Sequence record: PZ386953.1
Strand: one strand, 5' to 3'
From: a phage
DNA: 64,000 nt
Numbering within the stretch: position 1 is the first letter of the stretch; every line of letters starts with the position of its first letter. The notes under the pieces were generated by a model. It saw only the letters and a list, made by a program, of their open reading frames with translations. It was not told the DNA's origin and ran no database searches. The translations under genes and the position numbers were made by a program. This document shows positions 38,183 through 47,113 of this stretch, piece by piece.

Positions 38183-39408
38183 TGAGCGTTATTCAACAAT
38201 TCGCTAACCCGATGAATCCGCGTGAAACTGTTTTACTGGCTCACGGCATGATTAAACGTGTCAGCATCAAGCCTATCAAAGGTGCTGATCCTACAACAGG
38301 TATTAAAACCACTGTGTGGCAAGGTAAGAAAATTGAATCCAGCCACACCATCTCTTTACTGATTTCTGAACTGGATTCCTCTGATAACCTGCTTCAAGGT
38401 GGTGAAGAAGTTTGGATCAGCATGGGTGATAAGCTGCTTAAACCTGGTCATCAAGACTCTGTCTCTGTTAAAATTGATGACAAGTGGGAAACCGTAACGC
38501 CGGGATGGATCGTAAATATTCCTTTGAAGGCAAACGAGCATAACGGTAAGACCTATTACAAAGGCTCACTGGCTAAGATGGTCAAGCTGGGTGCAGGAGA
38601 GGCTCCAGCAGCGACTCAGCAGCAAAAACAGCAACAAGGTGCACAATCACAAGGCCAGAAGCAGAAACCTCAGCAGAATGCCAATCAGGACGTTTTACGC
38701 ATCTATGGTGATGTGACTCAGATTGTTGGCAACGTGGTTACTGTTAATGACCACAAGATTGGCGAAGGTGCTATGGTTGTAACTGATGAGCAGCTTAAAG
38801 ACCTGGTGGTAGGTGGTCGTGTTGCAGCCATTGTTGACAAAGACACCGGAAACATTATCAGTGGTTTCAAGGCCTATCCTCCTAAGGCAGAGAACGGCAC
38901 TCAAGGCTCTGGTGGCAAGCGTAAATCCTCTTACGACCCTATCGGTGTGGAAACGGGGCATAGCATCAATGCGTTGCAGATCATCCTGGATCGCGGGTTT
39001 AAGGTAGACGACCCACTGGGCGTGGCTAAAACACTGCACGTAGTCACCATTGAGCTTAAGAAAGAGTATGCTCAAGCCACCAACCGAACTGAAGATGAAG
39101 TAGGTGCCAGTGTCGGTAATGCGGTGTTGAACGCTTGTCGCCGTATTGACAAGAAAACGAAAGTTGATGATTTTGCAGTGGCAATTACTGCAGAAGCAAA
39201 AGATGTCTTGACTAATCTAGCTGAGCCGTTGTACGATTGGATCAAGAACGGTGCTGAGTCCACTGACCATCAAGAACCTCAGGCTGCCAAACAGGAAGCA
39301 GCTCCACAGCAAAACACTGTAGACGCTCCTCCTGTAAATGATGCGGAAGATGACCCAATGGATCAGAATCCAGCACAGTACGTCTTTGATGATGACATCC
39401 CATTTTAA
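38182..39408 (+). CDS. ssb: single-stranded DNA-binding protein-like (SSB C-terminal tail)
   Basis: C-terminus ...VFDDDIPF matches the conserved acidic SSB-Ct tip (DDDIPF); Gln/Gly-rich linker precedes it; follows polymerase and primase-helicase. Confidence 0.55.
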   Translation: MSVIQQFANPMNPRETVLLAHGMIKRVSIKPIKGADPTTGIKTTVWQGKKIESSHTISLLISELDSSDNLLQGGEEVWISMGDKLLKPGHQDSVSVKIDDKWETVTPGWIVNIPLKANEHNGKTYYKGSLAKMVKLGAGEAPAATQQQKQQQGAQSQGQKQKPQQNANQDVLRIYGDVTQIVGNVVTVNDHKIGEGAMVVTDEQLKDLVVGGRVAAIVDKDTGNIISGFKAYPPKAENGTQGSGGKRKSSYDPIGVETGHSINALQIILDRGFKVDDPLGVAKTLHVVTIELKKEYAQATNRTEDEVGASVGNAVLNACRRIDKKTKVDDFAVAITAEAKDVLTNLAEPLYDWIKNGAESTDHQEPQAAKQEAAPQQNTVDAPPVNDAEDDPMDQNPAQYVFDDDIPF

Positions 39409-39423
39409 CATTTAGTTAACATA

Positions 39424-39451
39424 GCCCTGCCCGAAAGGGTGGGGCATTTTT
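39424..39451 (+). terminator. intrinsic terminator (same hairpin as 29290)
   Basis: GCCCTGCCC-GAAA-GGGTGGGGC then ATTTTTG. Confidence 0.75.
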
Positions 39452-39470
39452 GTATAAGGAGATCTAAAAA

Positions 39471-39887
39471 ATGACATTAGAAGATATCATTGTTAAACCT
39501 GAGAACTATGACCAATACAACCTGTCAACTCAATCTGTAGACCTTGGATGCGCCACGGTCAGTGCGTGGCTGGTTAACGGAAAAGAGCTGGATAAATGCT
39601 TAGAAGCTCACATGTCTATTAACAAGTTTCTGGATGAAAATACTCACTGGCTTGAGGGTGCAGGAGTATATGCTTCATGGTTGGAAAGTATGGGATTCGA
39701 CTACCAATCTGAAGAAGGGTGGTGGAGCTATTTAGCTATCTGCCCAGAGACGCTGCAATGCTTCATGAAATATTCTGAAGATTTGGAGTACCGGGCGGTG
39801 GTTGATAGTGCTATTGCCCGTTATAGCCGTAAACCTTTTTCCCACGACATTAAAACTGTGGAAGAGTTTGTTGAAGTTTTCTGTTGA
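39471..39887 (+). CDS. hypothetical protein
   Basis: 138-aa ORF with AAGGAG SD. Confidence 0.5.
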   Translation: MTLEDIIVKPENYDQYNLSTQSVDLGCATVSAWLVNGKELDKCLEAHMSINKFLDENTHWLEGAGVYASWLESMGFDYQSEEGWWSYLAICPETLQCFMKYSEDLEYRAVVDSAIARYSRKPFSHDIKTVEEFVEVFC

Positions 39888-39983
39888 CACAGGTGGAAAG
39901 GTGTGCAATTATAACTTCATAGAACGGGAGGACGTGATGAACGAAGAAAACTGGGATGTATAACTAACAGGAGGCCACTGCCC

Positions 39984-40181
39984 ATGATTTATCGAATCCG
40001 TGTAAGAGAAGATGCACCAGGCTGTTACTTTGACTGGCGTGGGTGGTGGTTTCTCCACCCAATGGATGGACTCACGGATAGAATGCTGGATGCTGCCCTT
40101 TATACAGATACCGACATAGAATATAATCTCTATCTGAAGGACGGTATAGATAACGGCCTGTTTGAAGCAATTCCTGTGTAA
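39984..40181 (+). CDS. hypothetical protein
   Basis: 65-aa ORF, SD AGGAGG. Confidence 0.4.
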   Translation: MIYRIRVREDAPGCYFDWRGWWFLHPMDGLTDRMLDAALYTDTDIEYNLYLKDGIDNGLFEAIPV

Positions 40182-40246
40182 GAGACTGTGATAGCTATGT
40201 TTTATGATCTTCCTGTAACACCACCTGTTGAACCCGGAGAACTAAG

Positions 40247-40672
40247 ATGATCTATGAAATGCCAAAACTGATTCGTGACGATGCCCAAAACGCCCACACC
40301 TTTATCATGGGCAAGCGCATGGATATTATTTGTCATAAAGATTTCTGGGAAGGTAGTTACTTCACAGAATATTTTGGTAAACTGGATAATGGTCTGCTGA
40401 TCCAGTTCTACACCGATGCGGAAAACAATATCTGCTGGGAGTTCGAAACTGAAGATATCCATAAACTTTTCACCTTCCTAGGTATTAAGGTTGAGGCCAA
40501 GTTTGAAGAAGGCGAGTGCGACGATTGTGGATTCTACGAGGTAACAGATTTCTATCTCCCAAGTGGTGAGAACCTTTACTATGAAAGCCACTTCGGCAAC
40601 TCAAATATGCCACAAGGTTGGGATGAGTTTTTTGAAATTGCGGAAGAGGAGCTGACATACCGTGATTATTGA
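40247..40672 (+). CDS. hypothetical protein
   Basis: 141-aa ORF. Confidence 0.45.
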   Translation: MIYEMPKLIRDDAQNAHTFIMGKRMDIICHKDFWEGSYFTEYFGKLDNGLLIQFYTDAENNICWEFETEDIHKLFTFLGIKVEAKFEEGECDDCGFYEVTDFYLPSGENLYYESHFGNSNMPQGWDEFFEIAEEELTYRDY

Positions 40673-41120
40673 TACTGTAGCGGGAGATTTAATCTCCCTT
40701 TTTAAGAGCGGTGCTGGTCACCTGATCCACGGTTGTAACTGCTTTCATACAATGGGTGCAGGCATAGCGAAAGATATTGCCCGTGAGTTCCCTCAAGCAC
40801 TGGCAGCCGACAAAGAGACTGCCTATGGTAATCTGGACAAGCTGGGTATGTTTTCTTGTTGGGAGCATTTTGCCAAGAACAGGGTCGTATATGGAATCAA
40901 CCTGTATACCCAGTTCTACCCAGGGCCCAATGCTGAATACTTCTCAATAATGAAAGGTTTTGAGCGAGTCAACGAGGTATTCAAAGGTGTGTCATTGCCG
41001 TTCTACATTCCTAAAATTGGATGCGGTATTGGCGGTCTAAAGTGGGAACATGTAGAAGATGTAATTAATCTTGCAACCACAGATATTGATGTGGTTGTAG
41101 TAGAGTACAAAAAGTGTTGA
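40662..41120 (+). CDS. macro domain protein (DarG/TARG1-like ADP-ribosyl hydrolase fold)
   Basis: GTG start; LIHGCNCFHTMGAGIAKDIAREFP matches the NC..MG.GIA...FP signature of DarG/TARG1-type macro domains; C-terminal GCGIGG glycine motif. Confidence 0.55.
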   Translation: MIIDTVAGDLISLFKSGAGHLIHGCNCFHTMGAGIAKDIAREFPQALAADKETAYGNLDKLGMFSCWEHFAKNRVVYGINLYTQFYPGPNAEYFSIMKGFERVNEVFKGVSLPFYIPKIGCGIGGLKWEHVEDVINLATTDIDVVVVEYKKC

Positions 41121-41371
41121 CGACCATCTTCTGAGGTGATATAGTTTCCACAACAACTAAGAGAGGAGAGCACTGTGGAGACTAAAATCTTAATTCTTGC
41201 TGTGGTAGATACAACCGAAGGAGCTATATTCGAATCTGCAGGGGGGTATTTCTACCTACCATACGGAAAAAGAACTTCCGAGCCAAGTAAAGATTCAATC
41301 CTCAAGGTGTTCCCGTGTGCTTTCTGGCTGGAGATTTTGGTATAAGATTGCAGAGGATTTGGGAGAGAATT

Positions 41372-41566
41372 ATGAGAAACAAGAAAGAGCTTTACTCTGG
41401 TGAGTGGATCAACGATCAACAGGTGGGAGAGGTAACCTGCTTCCGATGTTTTACCAGGTACAATCTTAAAACTGCACCAAAAAGTGTTCCAAAGACTGAT
41501 GGTTATTACATAAAAGAACCTCATTGCCCAAAATGTAAATGCCGATTATACTGGAGTAACCTATAA
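41372..41566 (+). CDS. small zinc-ribbon protein
   Basis: CxxC ... CxxC (CFRC ... CPKCKC); start at internal ATG with GGGAGAG SD. Confidence 0.4.
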   Translation: MRNKKELYSGEWINDQQVGEVTCFRCFTRYNLKTAPKSVPKTDGYYIKEPHCPKCKCRLYWSNL

Positions 41567-41629
41567 AAGATTGACATCTGAAAACTGCAGTGTATAATAT
41601 ATGCATAAACTAACAGAGAGTGATGTATT

Positions 41630-41821
41630 ATGGTAATTTTTAACCGGGATGGTATCATAGTTAGACAGCACCCCTTCCTTGAATACTATCAAATTGAGCA
41701 ATGGTGCTACGGGGATTGCAGTCACTCCTACGGGCAAAGTTGGGGATATCGCACAGTTTTTGAATCAACAGATCTTGATAAAGTAAAACAGAAAGTTTTA
41801 GAACTTCTTAACAACAAGTGA
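41630..41821 (+). CDS. hypothetical protein
   Basis: 63-aa ORF. Confidence 0.4.
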   Translation: MVIFNRDGIIVRQHPFLEYYQIEQWCYGDCSHSYGQSWGYRTVFESTDLDKVKQKVLELLNNK

Positions 41822-41831
41822 GTATCGTGCC

Positions 41832-42164
41832 ATGGTAACTTTGGAAAGACGTAAAGCTATCGCCGCCACACTGGCAGACATCTTTTGGGATTGCAACTTA
41901 AAAGATACCCGAAATTGTGGCGCATCTGTAGATGTATTATTCCCACGGCCCACCATTGTTGCAATGGGAAACCTGTTAAACGTAGTGTACGGAGCATGGG
42001 ACAAAGAAGGTGGATTCTATATCTGGCAACCTGACTACGGAGCCTGGAAAGAGGTAAGGGGTGCGGATGACTTTGGGCCTACAGTTGCTAAGATGGATGG
42101 CTGGGAAATTTATGTTGGAAACGACATGAAGCTGAAAGGCGAGATTGTTTACTGGTTACCTTAA
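41832..42164 (+). CDS. hypothetical protein
   Basis: 110-aa ORF. Confidence 0.45.
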   Translation: MVTLERRKAIAATLADIFWDCNLKDTRNCGASVDVLFPRPTIVAMGNLLNVVYGAWDKEGGFYIWQPDYGAWKEVRGADDFGPTVAKMDGWEIYVGNDMKLKGEIVYWLP

Positions 42165-42184
42165 GAAAGTGCAGGAGATAAAGT

Positions 42185-42430
42185 ATGAACAAAGGGTGGA
42201 CATTTGTAGACGGCGTTAAAAACATGCCTCTAGGAAAGTATATCGTAGCCATGGCTGATGAGGATGGCAATGTAGATTTCGGAGCTTGCGAGGTTGTTCT
42301 TGCAGGATCTGGTAACTATGTGAGTAAAACCGGGATAATTAACGGTCAGTTCTACTTTGATCACAACCCTGTTGTAGCGTATATGGCTATGCCAGAGTTC
42401 AAGTTCCCAAAGGAGGGTGCAGATGTTTAA
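42185..42430 (+). CDS. hypothetical protein
   Basis: 81-aa ORF, SD AGGAGA. Confidence 0.45.
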   Translation: MNKGWTFVDGVKNMPLGKYIVAMADEDGNVDFGACEVVLAGSGNYVSKTGIINGQFYFDHNPVVAYMAMPEFKFPKEGADV

Positions 42431-42620
42431 GCTTAAATCTGCATGGAACATCGCTGTGGGGGACGAGATCCGTATCCCAGGTGGAAAGACCATTATGAAG
42501 ATATCTCGTATTGAGTACGAAGGTGACCGTGTATTCCACATCTTCGCAGAAGATGGTCGAGAAATTTATATACAGGCAGGTTCTCACATCTATATCCGTA
42601 AGAAAGGGGACGACAAATGA
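42417..42620 (+). CDS. hypothetical protein
   Basis: 67-aa ORF overlapping neighbours by a few nt. Confidence 0.4.
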   Translation: MQMFKLKSAWNIAVGDEIRIPGGKTIMKISRIEYEGDRVFHIFAEDGREIYIQAGSHIYIRKKGDDK

Positions 42621-42946
42621 CAGAGATCATCATTTCAACTGCAGGGTATGTGTTCCTGACAATCATTGCACTGACTATTTTGGTGACAGTGTATGGGTTT
42701 GTTATCCTTCCTATCCTTGAGACATTTAGTTTGTGTCGGTGTTGGAGAAAAGCTTACGGTCCACAACCATGGAAGGACTGGCCCCACCTGGTGCGCTTAG
42801 CGTTCTCTTATGCTTACGATCACTACAGTAGTGCATGCATAACCGGATACCACGCCCACAACTGGAGCTGGGAAGGGTTGAGGAAATGGAATGTTACAAA
42901 GACCATACCTCTGCGCATGTACAAACCTAAAAACAAAGACAACTGA
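42617..42946 (+). CDS. small membrane protein
   Basis: N-terminal TM helix IIISTAGYVFLTIIALTILVTVYGFVILPIL. Confidence 0.45.
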   Translation: MTEIIISTAGYVFLTIIALTILVTVYGFVILPILETFSLCRCWRKAYGPQPWKDWPHLVRLAFSYAYDHYSSACITGYHAHNWSWEGLRKWNVTKTIPLRMYKPKNKDN

Positions 42947-43254
42947 TACTTGAAAATTCCTGGCATATCAAGTATAAGGGGGATTTCTAAAATGGATTTC
43001 CTCCTTTTGATATTTCACCGGGCTGGATATTTTAAAATTCTTAGAAAATCAGAAAATGGATCGAAAACTAAAATGTATTTTTCAGAGTAGGCGCGACAAG
43101 CTGAATAACTCATCCTATCGTTTGCACCATATTCCAGGCCACCATTATAGATTTTCCCACACATGCTCACATCCTTCTACCAGAACTTTCCCACTCGCCC
43201 TTGGCCTTTTATGGCAATAATCCAGCCACTATCTTGAAGTTGCGGTACAGCTTT

Positions 43255-43345
43255 CCAAGTACTCGATCTGTTTTTCGTTTCAAAGATTGAATTTTCTGAA
43301 AATTTTTCTCGATAAATTTCCAAGTACTCGATCTGTTTTTCGTTT
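43255..43345. repeat. pair of 26-29 bp direct repeats
   Basis: CCAAGTACTCGATCTGTTTTTCGTTT at about 43255 and 43320, with further GAAAATGGAT-like short repeats around them. Confidence 0.6.
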
Positions 43346-43551
43346 TCTGAATCGGATTTTCTGGAAATCGTTCCAGCTCTCTACCTGAAATTTTTGGGGA
43401 CGAAATCGATTTTTCGTTTTCAGAAATGGATTTTTAAAATTTCTATATGGGAATATTTTATGGGATACTGTTTTATAGGAAATTGTTACGGAGGGTAATT
43501 AGCATGCTAATTAAATTTATTAAATGCGAGGAGTTCTCATTTAGAATTTTG

Positions 43552-43765
43552 AATGATAATCATTCTCGTTTGCAGAATAACGGGCAGGCCCGGTGATTGT
43601 CTCCCGGCCCCTGTTGCCCCGGCTTGTTATTATAGTATCACACAGGACAAAGAAGGCAAGGATTTTTTGCATAAATTTTTAAATGATAATGATAACCGTT
43701 CTCATTTTATGCAGCGCCCATCCCCGGTGGTTGTCTCCCCCGTCACCGGTGCCTGCCGTCCTTTC
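43552..43765 (+). repeat. two tandem diverged copies of a GC-rich structured element
   Basis: AATGATAAT ... GCAG ... CCGGTG(A/G)TTGTCTCCC units at about 43552-43640 and 43682-43765; core GGCAGGCCCGGTGATTGTCTCCC recurs inverted at about 53185. Confidence 0.5.
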
Positions 43766-43962
43766 GATAGGTATATTGTGCCCCCCCTGGCGGGGCCGCT
43801 GTCAACACCTTTTCAAAAAATTTTTCTAACCTGATGCGCTAACCGTTGCAACCTGGCGGGGCCAGCCTGGCAGGACCTAACTGACCAGGTGGGAGAGGGT
43901 GAAATCTTGCAAACCTGGTAGGCCCATGCTGTAGGGTAAACAATTGAAGAGGAGGTACAAAA

Positions 43963-44103
43963 ATGAAAGGTAATGCTACTCACCTGGGAAATGTAGTGAT
44001 TAATGATACAGAAGCGCGGGAACATAAAGAAGAGTACGAAAAAATGGTGGTTAACCTGGCGGGGGCGGCAGGTGGATTCTATCATAAAAATAATTTAAAA
44101 TAA
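43963..44103 (+). CDS. small ORF (46 aa), uncertain
   Basis: Strong SD AGAGGAGG before ATG; lies in a repeat-rich region. Confidence 0.3.
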   Translation: MKGNATHLGNVVINDTEAREHKEEYEKMVVNLAGAAGGFYHKNNLK

Positions 44104-44106
44104 TCG

Positions 44107-44135
44107 TTGACAACAAGGTTAATCATGGTATTATT
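44107..44135 (+). promoter_or_regulatory. sigma70-like promoter
   Basis: TTGACA - 16 bp - TATTAT. Confidence 0.5.
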
Positions 44136-44184
44136 ACCCTACAAGGTGAACAACACCGCACTAACCAGTAAAGAGGATAAAATC

Positions 44185-44382
44185 ATGAACGCATACGGGA
44201 TCAAAGTACGTCGCAACACTCGCCAGGTGGTCACCGATCAAATGGTTTGCCAGGTGGACGTAACCATCAACAACGGGCAAGGCCTTTATAAATTCCGTCG
44301 CGGTCAGAGCTATACCCGGCAACAGCTTAATCGTTGCGCCCTGACAAAAGGACAGATCAACCACTGGTTTAATAAAAAATAA
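44185..44382 (+). CDS. small basic early protein
   Basis: ATG preceded by AAGAGGATAAAA SD; 65 aa. Confidence 0.5.
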   Translation: MNAYGIKVRRNTRQVVTDQMVCQVDVTINNGQGLYKFRRGQSYTRQQLNRCALTKGQINHWFNKK

Positions 44383-44385
44383 GTA

Positions 44386-44414
44386 TTGACATATAGTCCG
44401 ACACCAAATACACT
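44386..44414 (+). promoter_or_regulatory. sigma70-like promoter
   Basis: TTGACA - 17 bp - TACACT. Confidence 0.5.
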
Positions 44415-44446
44415 AAAAGCACAAAAGACACTAAGAGGATAAAATC

Positions 44447-44845
44447 ATGAAAACCACCACCTTTAATTTTGATAATGCGGACTTTTCTTTTTCTGATGTC
44501 AAGAACTGCCGCCGTGATCGTGGATTTTACAAGGCTTATAATCTGGTGGGCCTGGACGATGACAATAATTTGCACGAAGTAGCTGAGATCCGGTATTATG
44601 CCGCCGCCAGCGGGAACACTCACTACTGCGTGTTTTGGATTCACGACAACAAGAACAATAAGTACGGTTATACTGGCGGCAAGGCGAGCGGTCACGGTTA
44701 CGATAAAGCTAACGCAGCACTTGAGAGCGCATTAAATGCTATGGGGATCACTGCCGACGGCTGGATCTACGAAGAAGAGTTTTTGTCGGCACTTGCTGAC
44801 CACCTGGGCTATAAAAAACACATTGTAACATGCGCCCACGAATAA
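44447..44845 (+). CDS. hypothetical early protein
   Basis: 132 aa; SD AAGAGGATAAAA. Confidence 0.5.
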   Translation: MKTTTFNFDNADFSFSDVKNCRRDRGFYKAYNLVGLDDDNNLHEVAEIRYYAAASGNTHYCVFWIHDNKNNKYGYTGGKASGHGYDKANAALESALNAMGITADGWIYEEEFLSALADHLGYKKHIVTCAHE

Positions 44846-44927
44846 AAATCATTGACACGCTGCAAAATTTAAGTAAACTAGACACAAAAGGCGGGAATGT
44901 TTCCCGCCAGCACAAAGGAAAAAGATC

Positions 44928-45323
44928 ATGAATAAGAACGTACGCCGCATCATGAACGAACTGGCAAACGATGAAAAAATTATTGATATGCATTTGGTCA
45001 ACATTTGCCGCCGTTGTGTAACATATAACAACCGCGCCGCAAAAGCGCGTGAGATGAACGCAAAAGGCACCTTAAAGCCCTTTCAGGTGGTTGTAAAATC
45101 TATAACTAGCGCAGCAGGCCAGGCGCAGGACCACAACAACGAGAGCGCTAATATTGATCCGTCTTACGTAATGAAACGGATCCGGACTTGCAAGAATAAA
45201 GAGCAGGTATATAACGTCATAGATTGGCTGGACTCCCTGGGCGATGTGGTTTACAATAGGTTTTCTGCAGCTATCGAGATCCAGCTTGACAGATTGGACG
45301 GGAAAGTACTAAAAACTTATTGA
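44928..45323 (+). CDS. hypothetical early protein
   Basis: 131 aa; preceded by promoter TTGACA and 5'UTR hairpin GGCGGGAA-TGTT-TCCCGCC. Confidence 0.5.
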   Translation: MNKNVRRIMNELANDEKIIDMHLVNICRRCVTYNNRAAKAREMNAKGTLKPFQVVVKSITSAAGQAQDHNNESANIDPSYVMKRIRTCKNKEQVYNVIDWLDSLGDVVYNRFSAAIEIQLDRLDGKVLKTY

Positions 45324-45325
45324 GT

Positions 45326-45370
45326 TTATTTTTAGATGGCCTTGACACCAGGGCCATCAATAAAGTAAAC
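45326..45370 (+). promoter_or_regulatory. conserved 45-bp element, copy 1 (TTGACA held in hairpin loop)
   Basis: TTATTTTTAGATGGCCTTGACACCAGGGCCATCAATAAAGTAAAC; identical copy at 45947, near-identical at 49662. Confidence 0.6.
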
Positions 45371-45403
45371 TAACCACAGTTGAGCGGAAAAGGAGGCTTA
45401 AAG

Positions 45404-45523
45404 ATGAGCACTACACGCCAGCACACAAAGGTAACCATCATCGTTTGCATCATTGGGTACATCCTGGCGCAAATGTTGATGGGTAGCGCCAACGGTGTCG
45501 CAAAATTTTTCTTAAACTTTTAA
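45404..45523 (+). CDS. hydrophobic micropeptide (39 aa)
   Basis: AAGGAGG SD then ATG; sequence MSTTRQHTKVTIIVCIIGYILAQMLMGSANGVAKFFLNF; below the 60-aa ORF cutoff. Confidence 0.35.
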   Translation: MSTTRQHTKVTIIVCIIGYILAQMLMGSANGVAKFFLNF

Positions 45524-45602
45524 TTGACAAGCTAACTTAAATCGATATAATAAGCACATAAACGGGAAAACTTCCCAGAACACACAAAAGGAGAAAAACA
45601 CC

Positions 45603-45944
45603 ATGACTACTATGACCGCCTCAGAAAAAGCTATGCAGATCGCTGAACTGAAAAAACAGATCGCAGACCTTGAGAATAAGATCGATAACTTTGAAATCGA
45701 CGAGGACAAGTACGACGAAAACTATGATGAATGGTTAGACGAGATCTACGGCGAAATTATGATCGGAAACATTTCTTTTCTTCCGTCGCGTATCCTCAAG
45801 GAGCTAGATCCTATCGCTTACCGCTGCGGATTTAGCGACTACATCGACAGCCTGGATATTGAGAACGATGAAGAATACCAGGAATTACAGACAGAGTTAG
45901 AAGAAGCAAAAGAAGAGCTTGCGGAGCTGGAAGAAAACGAGTAA
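45603..45944 (+). CDS. acidic coiled-coil early protein
   Basis: Promoter TTGACA/TATAAT, 5'UTR hairpin GGGAAAACTTCCC, SD AAAGGAG; 113 aa. Confidence 0.5.
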   Translation: MTTMTASEKAMQIAELKKQIADLENKIDNFEIDEDKYDENYDEWLDEIYGEIMIGNISFLPSRILKELDPIAYRCGFSDYIDSLDIENDEEYQELQTELEEAKEELAELEENE

Positions 45945-45946
45945 GC

Positions 45947-45991
45947 TTATTTTTAGATGGCCTTGACACCAGGGCCATCAATAAAGTAAAC
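45947..45991 (+). promoter_or_regulatory. conserved 45-bp element, copy 2
   Basis: Identical to copy 1. Confidence 0.6.
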
Positions 45992-46033
45992 TTTATACTG
46001 TTAACACTGAACGAATGCATAGGAGTTAAAACC

Positions 46034-46279
46034 ATGGCAGCACTAATCACCAAATATTATGCCCCTACCAATACCAAAAGCGCCCGTATCATGGTAAAAG
46101 GCTTCGGACGTAAAAAGGTGTACACCTGGGATTATGCCTTAGACACGGAAGACAACTACACCAACGCAATGACCGATTTTATTAATGAACTAAATAAGCA
46201 GATCTTGACAAGTTATAAAGTGACCGATATTGCTTATATAGGTGAAGGCGGGATCTGTTTTGTAGGCATTGTGAAATAG
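46034..46279 (+). CDS. hypothetical early protein
   Basis: 81 aa; translation initiation region ATAGGAGTTAAAACCATGGC shared with gene at 50624. Confidence 0.5.
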   Translation: MAALITKYYAPTNTKSARIMVKGFGRKKVYTWDYALDTEDNYTNAMTDFINELNKQILTSYKVTDIAYIGEGGICFVGIVK

Positions 46280-46353
46280 TTATTTTTTCGGTGGTCCTGG
46301 TTGCAGGGCCATCTATAAAGATAATTTATTAACACCATGAAAGGAGAAAGTAC

Positions 46354-46707
46354 ATGATCAGCGGGGCAAGTTTTATTATTGGCGCTATTGCTACGGCTTT
46401 AATTGTAAATAAGATCCAGGATAAAAAGGAAAGAGGAAGTACCGCCCTTGCAGAATATCCATTTTGGGCATTCAACGATAACGAAGATTATATTATAAAG
46501 TATAAAAATAAAGAAGGTGACCAAGTAACACCGCGACCGATCCCGGCTTACAAAATGCAGGAAACACTATACCGCCTGAAGGCGGGGGGCGCAAAAATTG
46601 TAGACTTTTGGGGATACGACCACACAGATCAGGAAGTTATAAAGCGCCGTATCCGGGCTATTCAGGCCAATATTGAAGTTAGCAAGGGGGGAATATATGA
46701 AAATTAA
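46354..46707 (+). CDS. early protein with N-terminal TM helix
   Basis: MISGASFIIGAIATALIV; SD AAAGGAG. Confidence 0.5.
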   Translation: MISGASFIIGAIATALIVNKIQDKKERGSTALAEYPFWAFNDNEDYIIKYKNKEGDQVTPRPIPAYKMQETLYRLKAGGAKIVDFWGYDHTDQEVIKRRIRAIQANIEVSKGGIYEN

Positions 46708-46894
46708 TTTCGAGAAAATTGTAAAGCGCCCTCATGATTCCGAAGAGCTGCCAGAACGCCGCCAGCGTAACAATAAACTGAATAAGCCAAAAAGGTTTGG
46801 GAAGATCTGGCGTAATCATTATGATCGTAAATTGCCCGGCCTACTTTTGGAACGTGAACGACAGGCAGAACGATACCGCCATAAAGACAAATAA
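46697..46894 (+). CDS. small basic protein
   Basis: In-frame ATG inside track ORF 46673-46894; Arg/Lys-rich. Confidence 0.4.
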   Translation: MKINFEKIVKRPHDSEELPERRQRNNKLNKPKRFGKIWRNHYDRKLPGLLLERERQAERYRHKDK

Positions 46895-46903
46895 CAACCA
46901 ACT

Positions 46904-46930
46904 CCCCGCCATTGTGCGGGGCTTTTTATT
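46904..46930 (+). terminator. intrinsic terminator
   Basis: CCCCGC-CATTGT-GCGGGG then CTTTTTATTT. Confidence 0.7.
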
Positions 46931-47053
46931 TCTATCCTACGAATAGCGCCCCTGGTTGGCCCTGTAAGCGCCAAAAAGGCCCCCACCTATGCAATCGCCC
47001 CCCTTTAACCTGAAAACATCGCCCATGGCCGTTTCATGGCGTTAAAAATATCA

Positions 47054-47081
47054 TTGACATCGTCAACAGGTTAGCTATACT
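47054..47081 (+). promoter_or_regulatory. sigma70-like promoter
   Basis: TTGACA - 16 bp - TATACT. Confidence 0.55.
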
Positions 47082-47113
47082 AACCACATCAAAGAGAGAA
47101 AGGAGTAAACGCC

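Noticed and set aside
43255-43345. CRISPR array
   Set aside because: Only two long direct repeats with no regular repeat-spacer periodicity; no cas genes in window
43553-44085. Track ORFs 43553-43834 (+) and 43813-44085 (-)
   Set aside because: They lie over GC-rich repeated elements, lack a Shine-Dalgarno site and have Pro/Gly/Arg-rich low-complexity translations; more likely non-coding structured DNA or RNA
45326-45370. The 45-bp conserved hairpin element as a rho-independent terminator
   Set aside because: The T-tract precedes rather than follows the stem on the + strand and an A-tract follows it on the - strand
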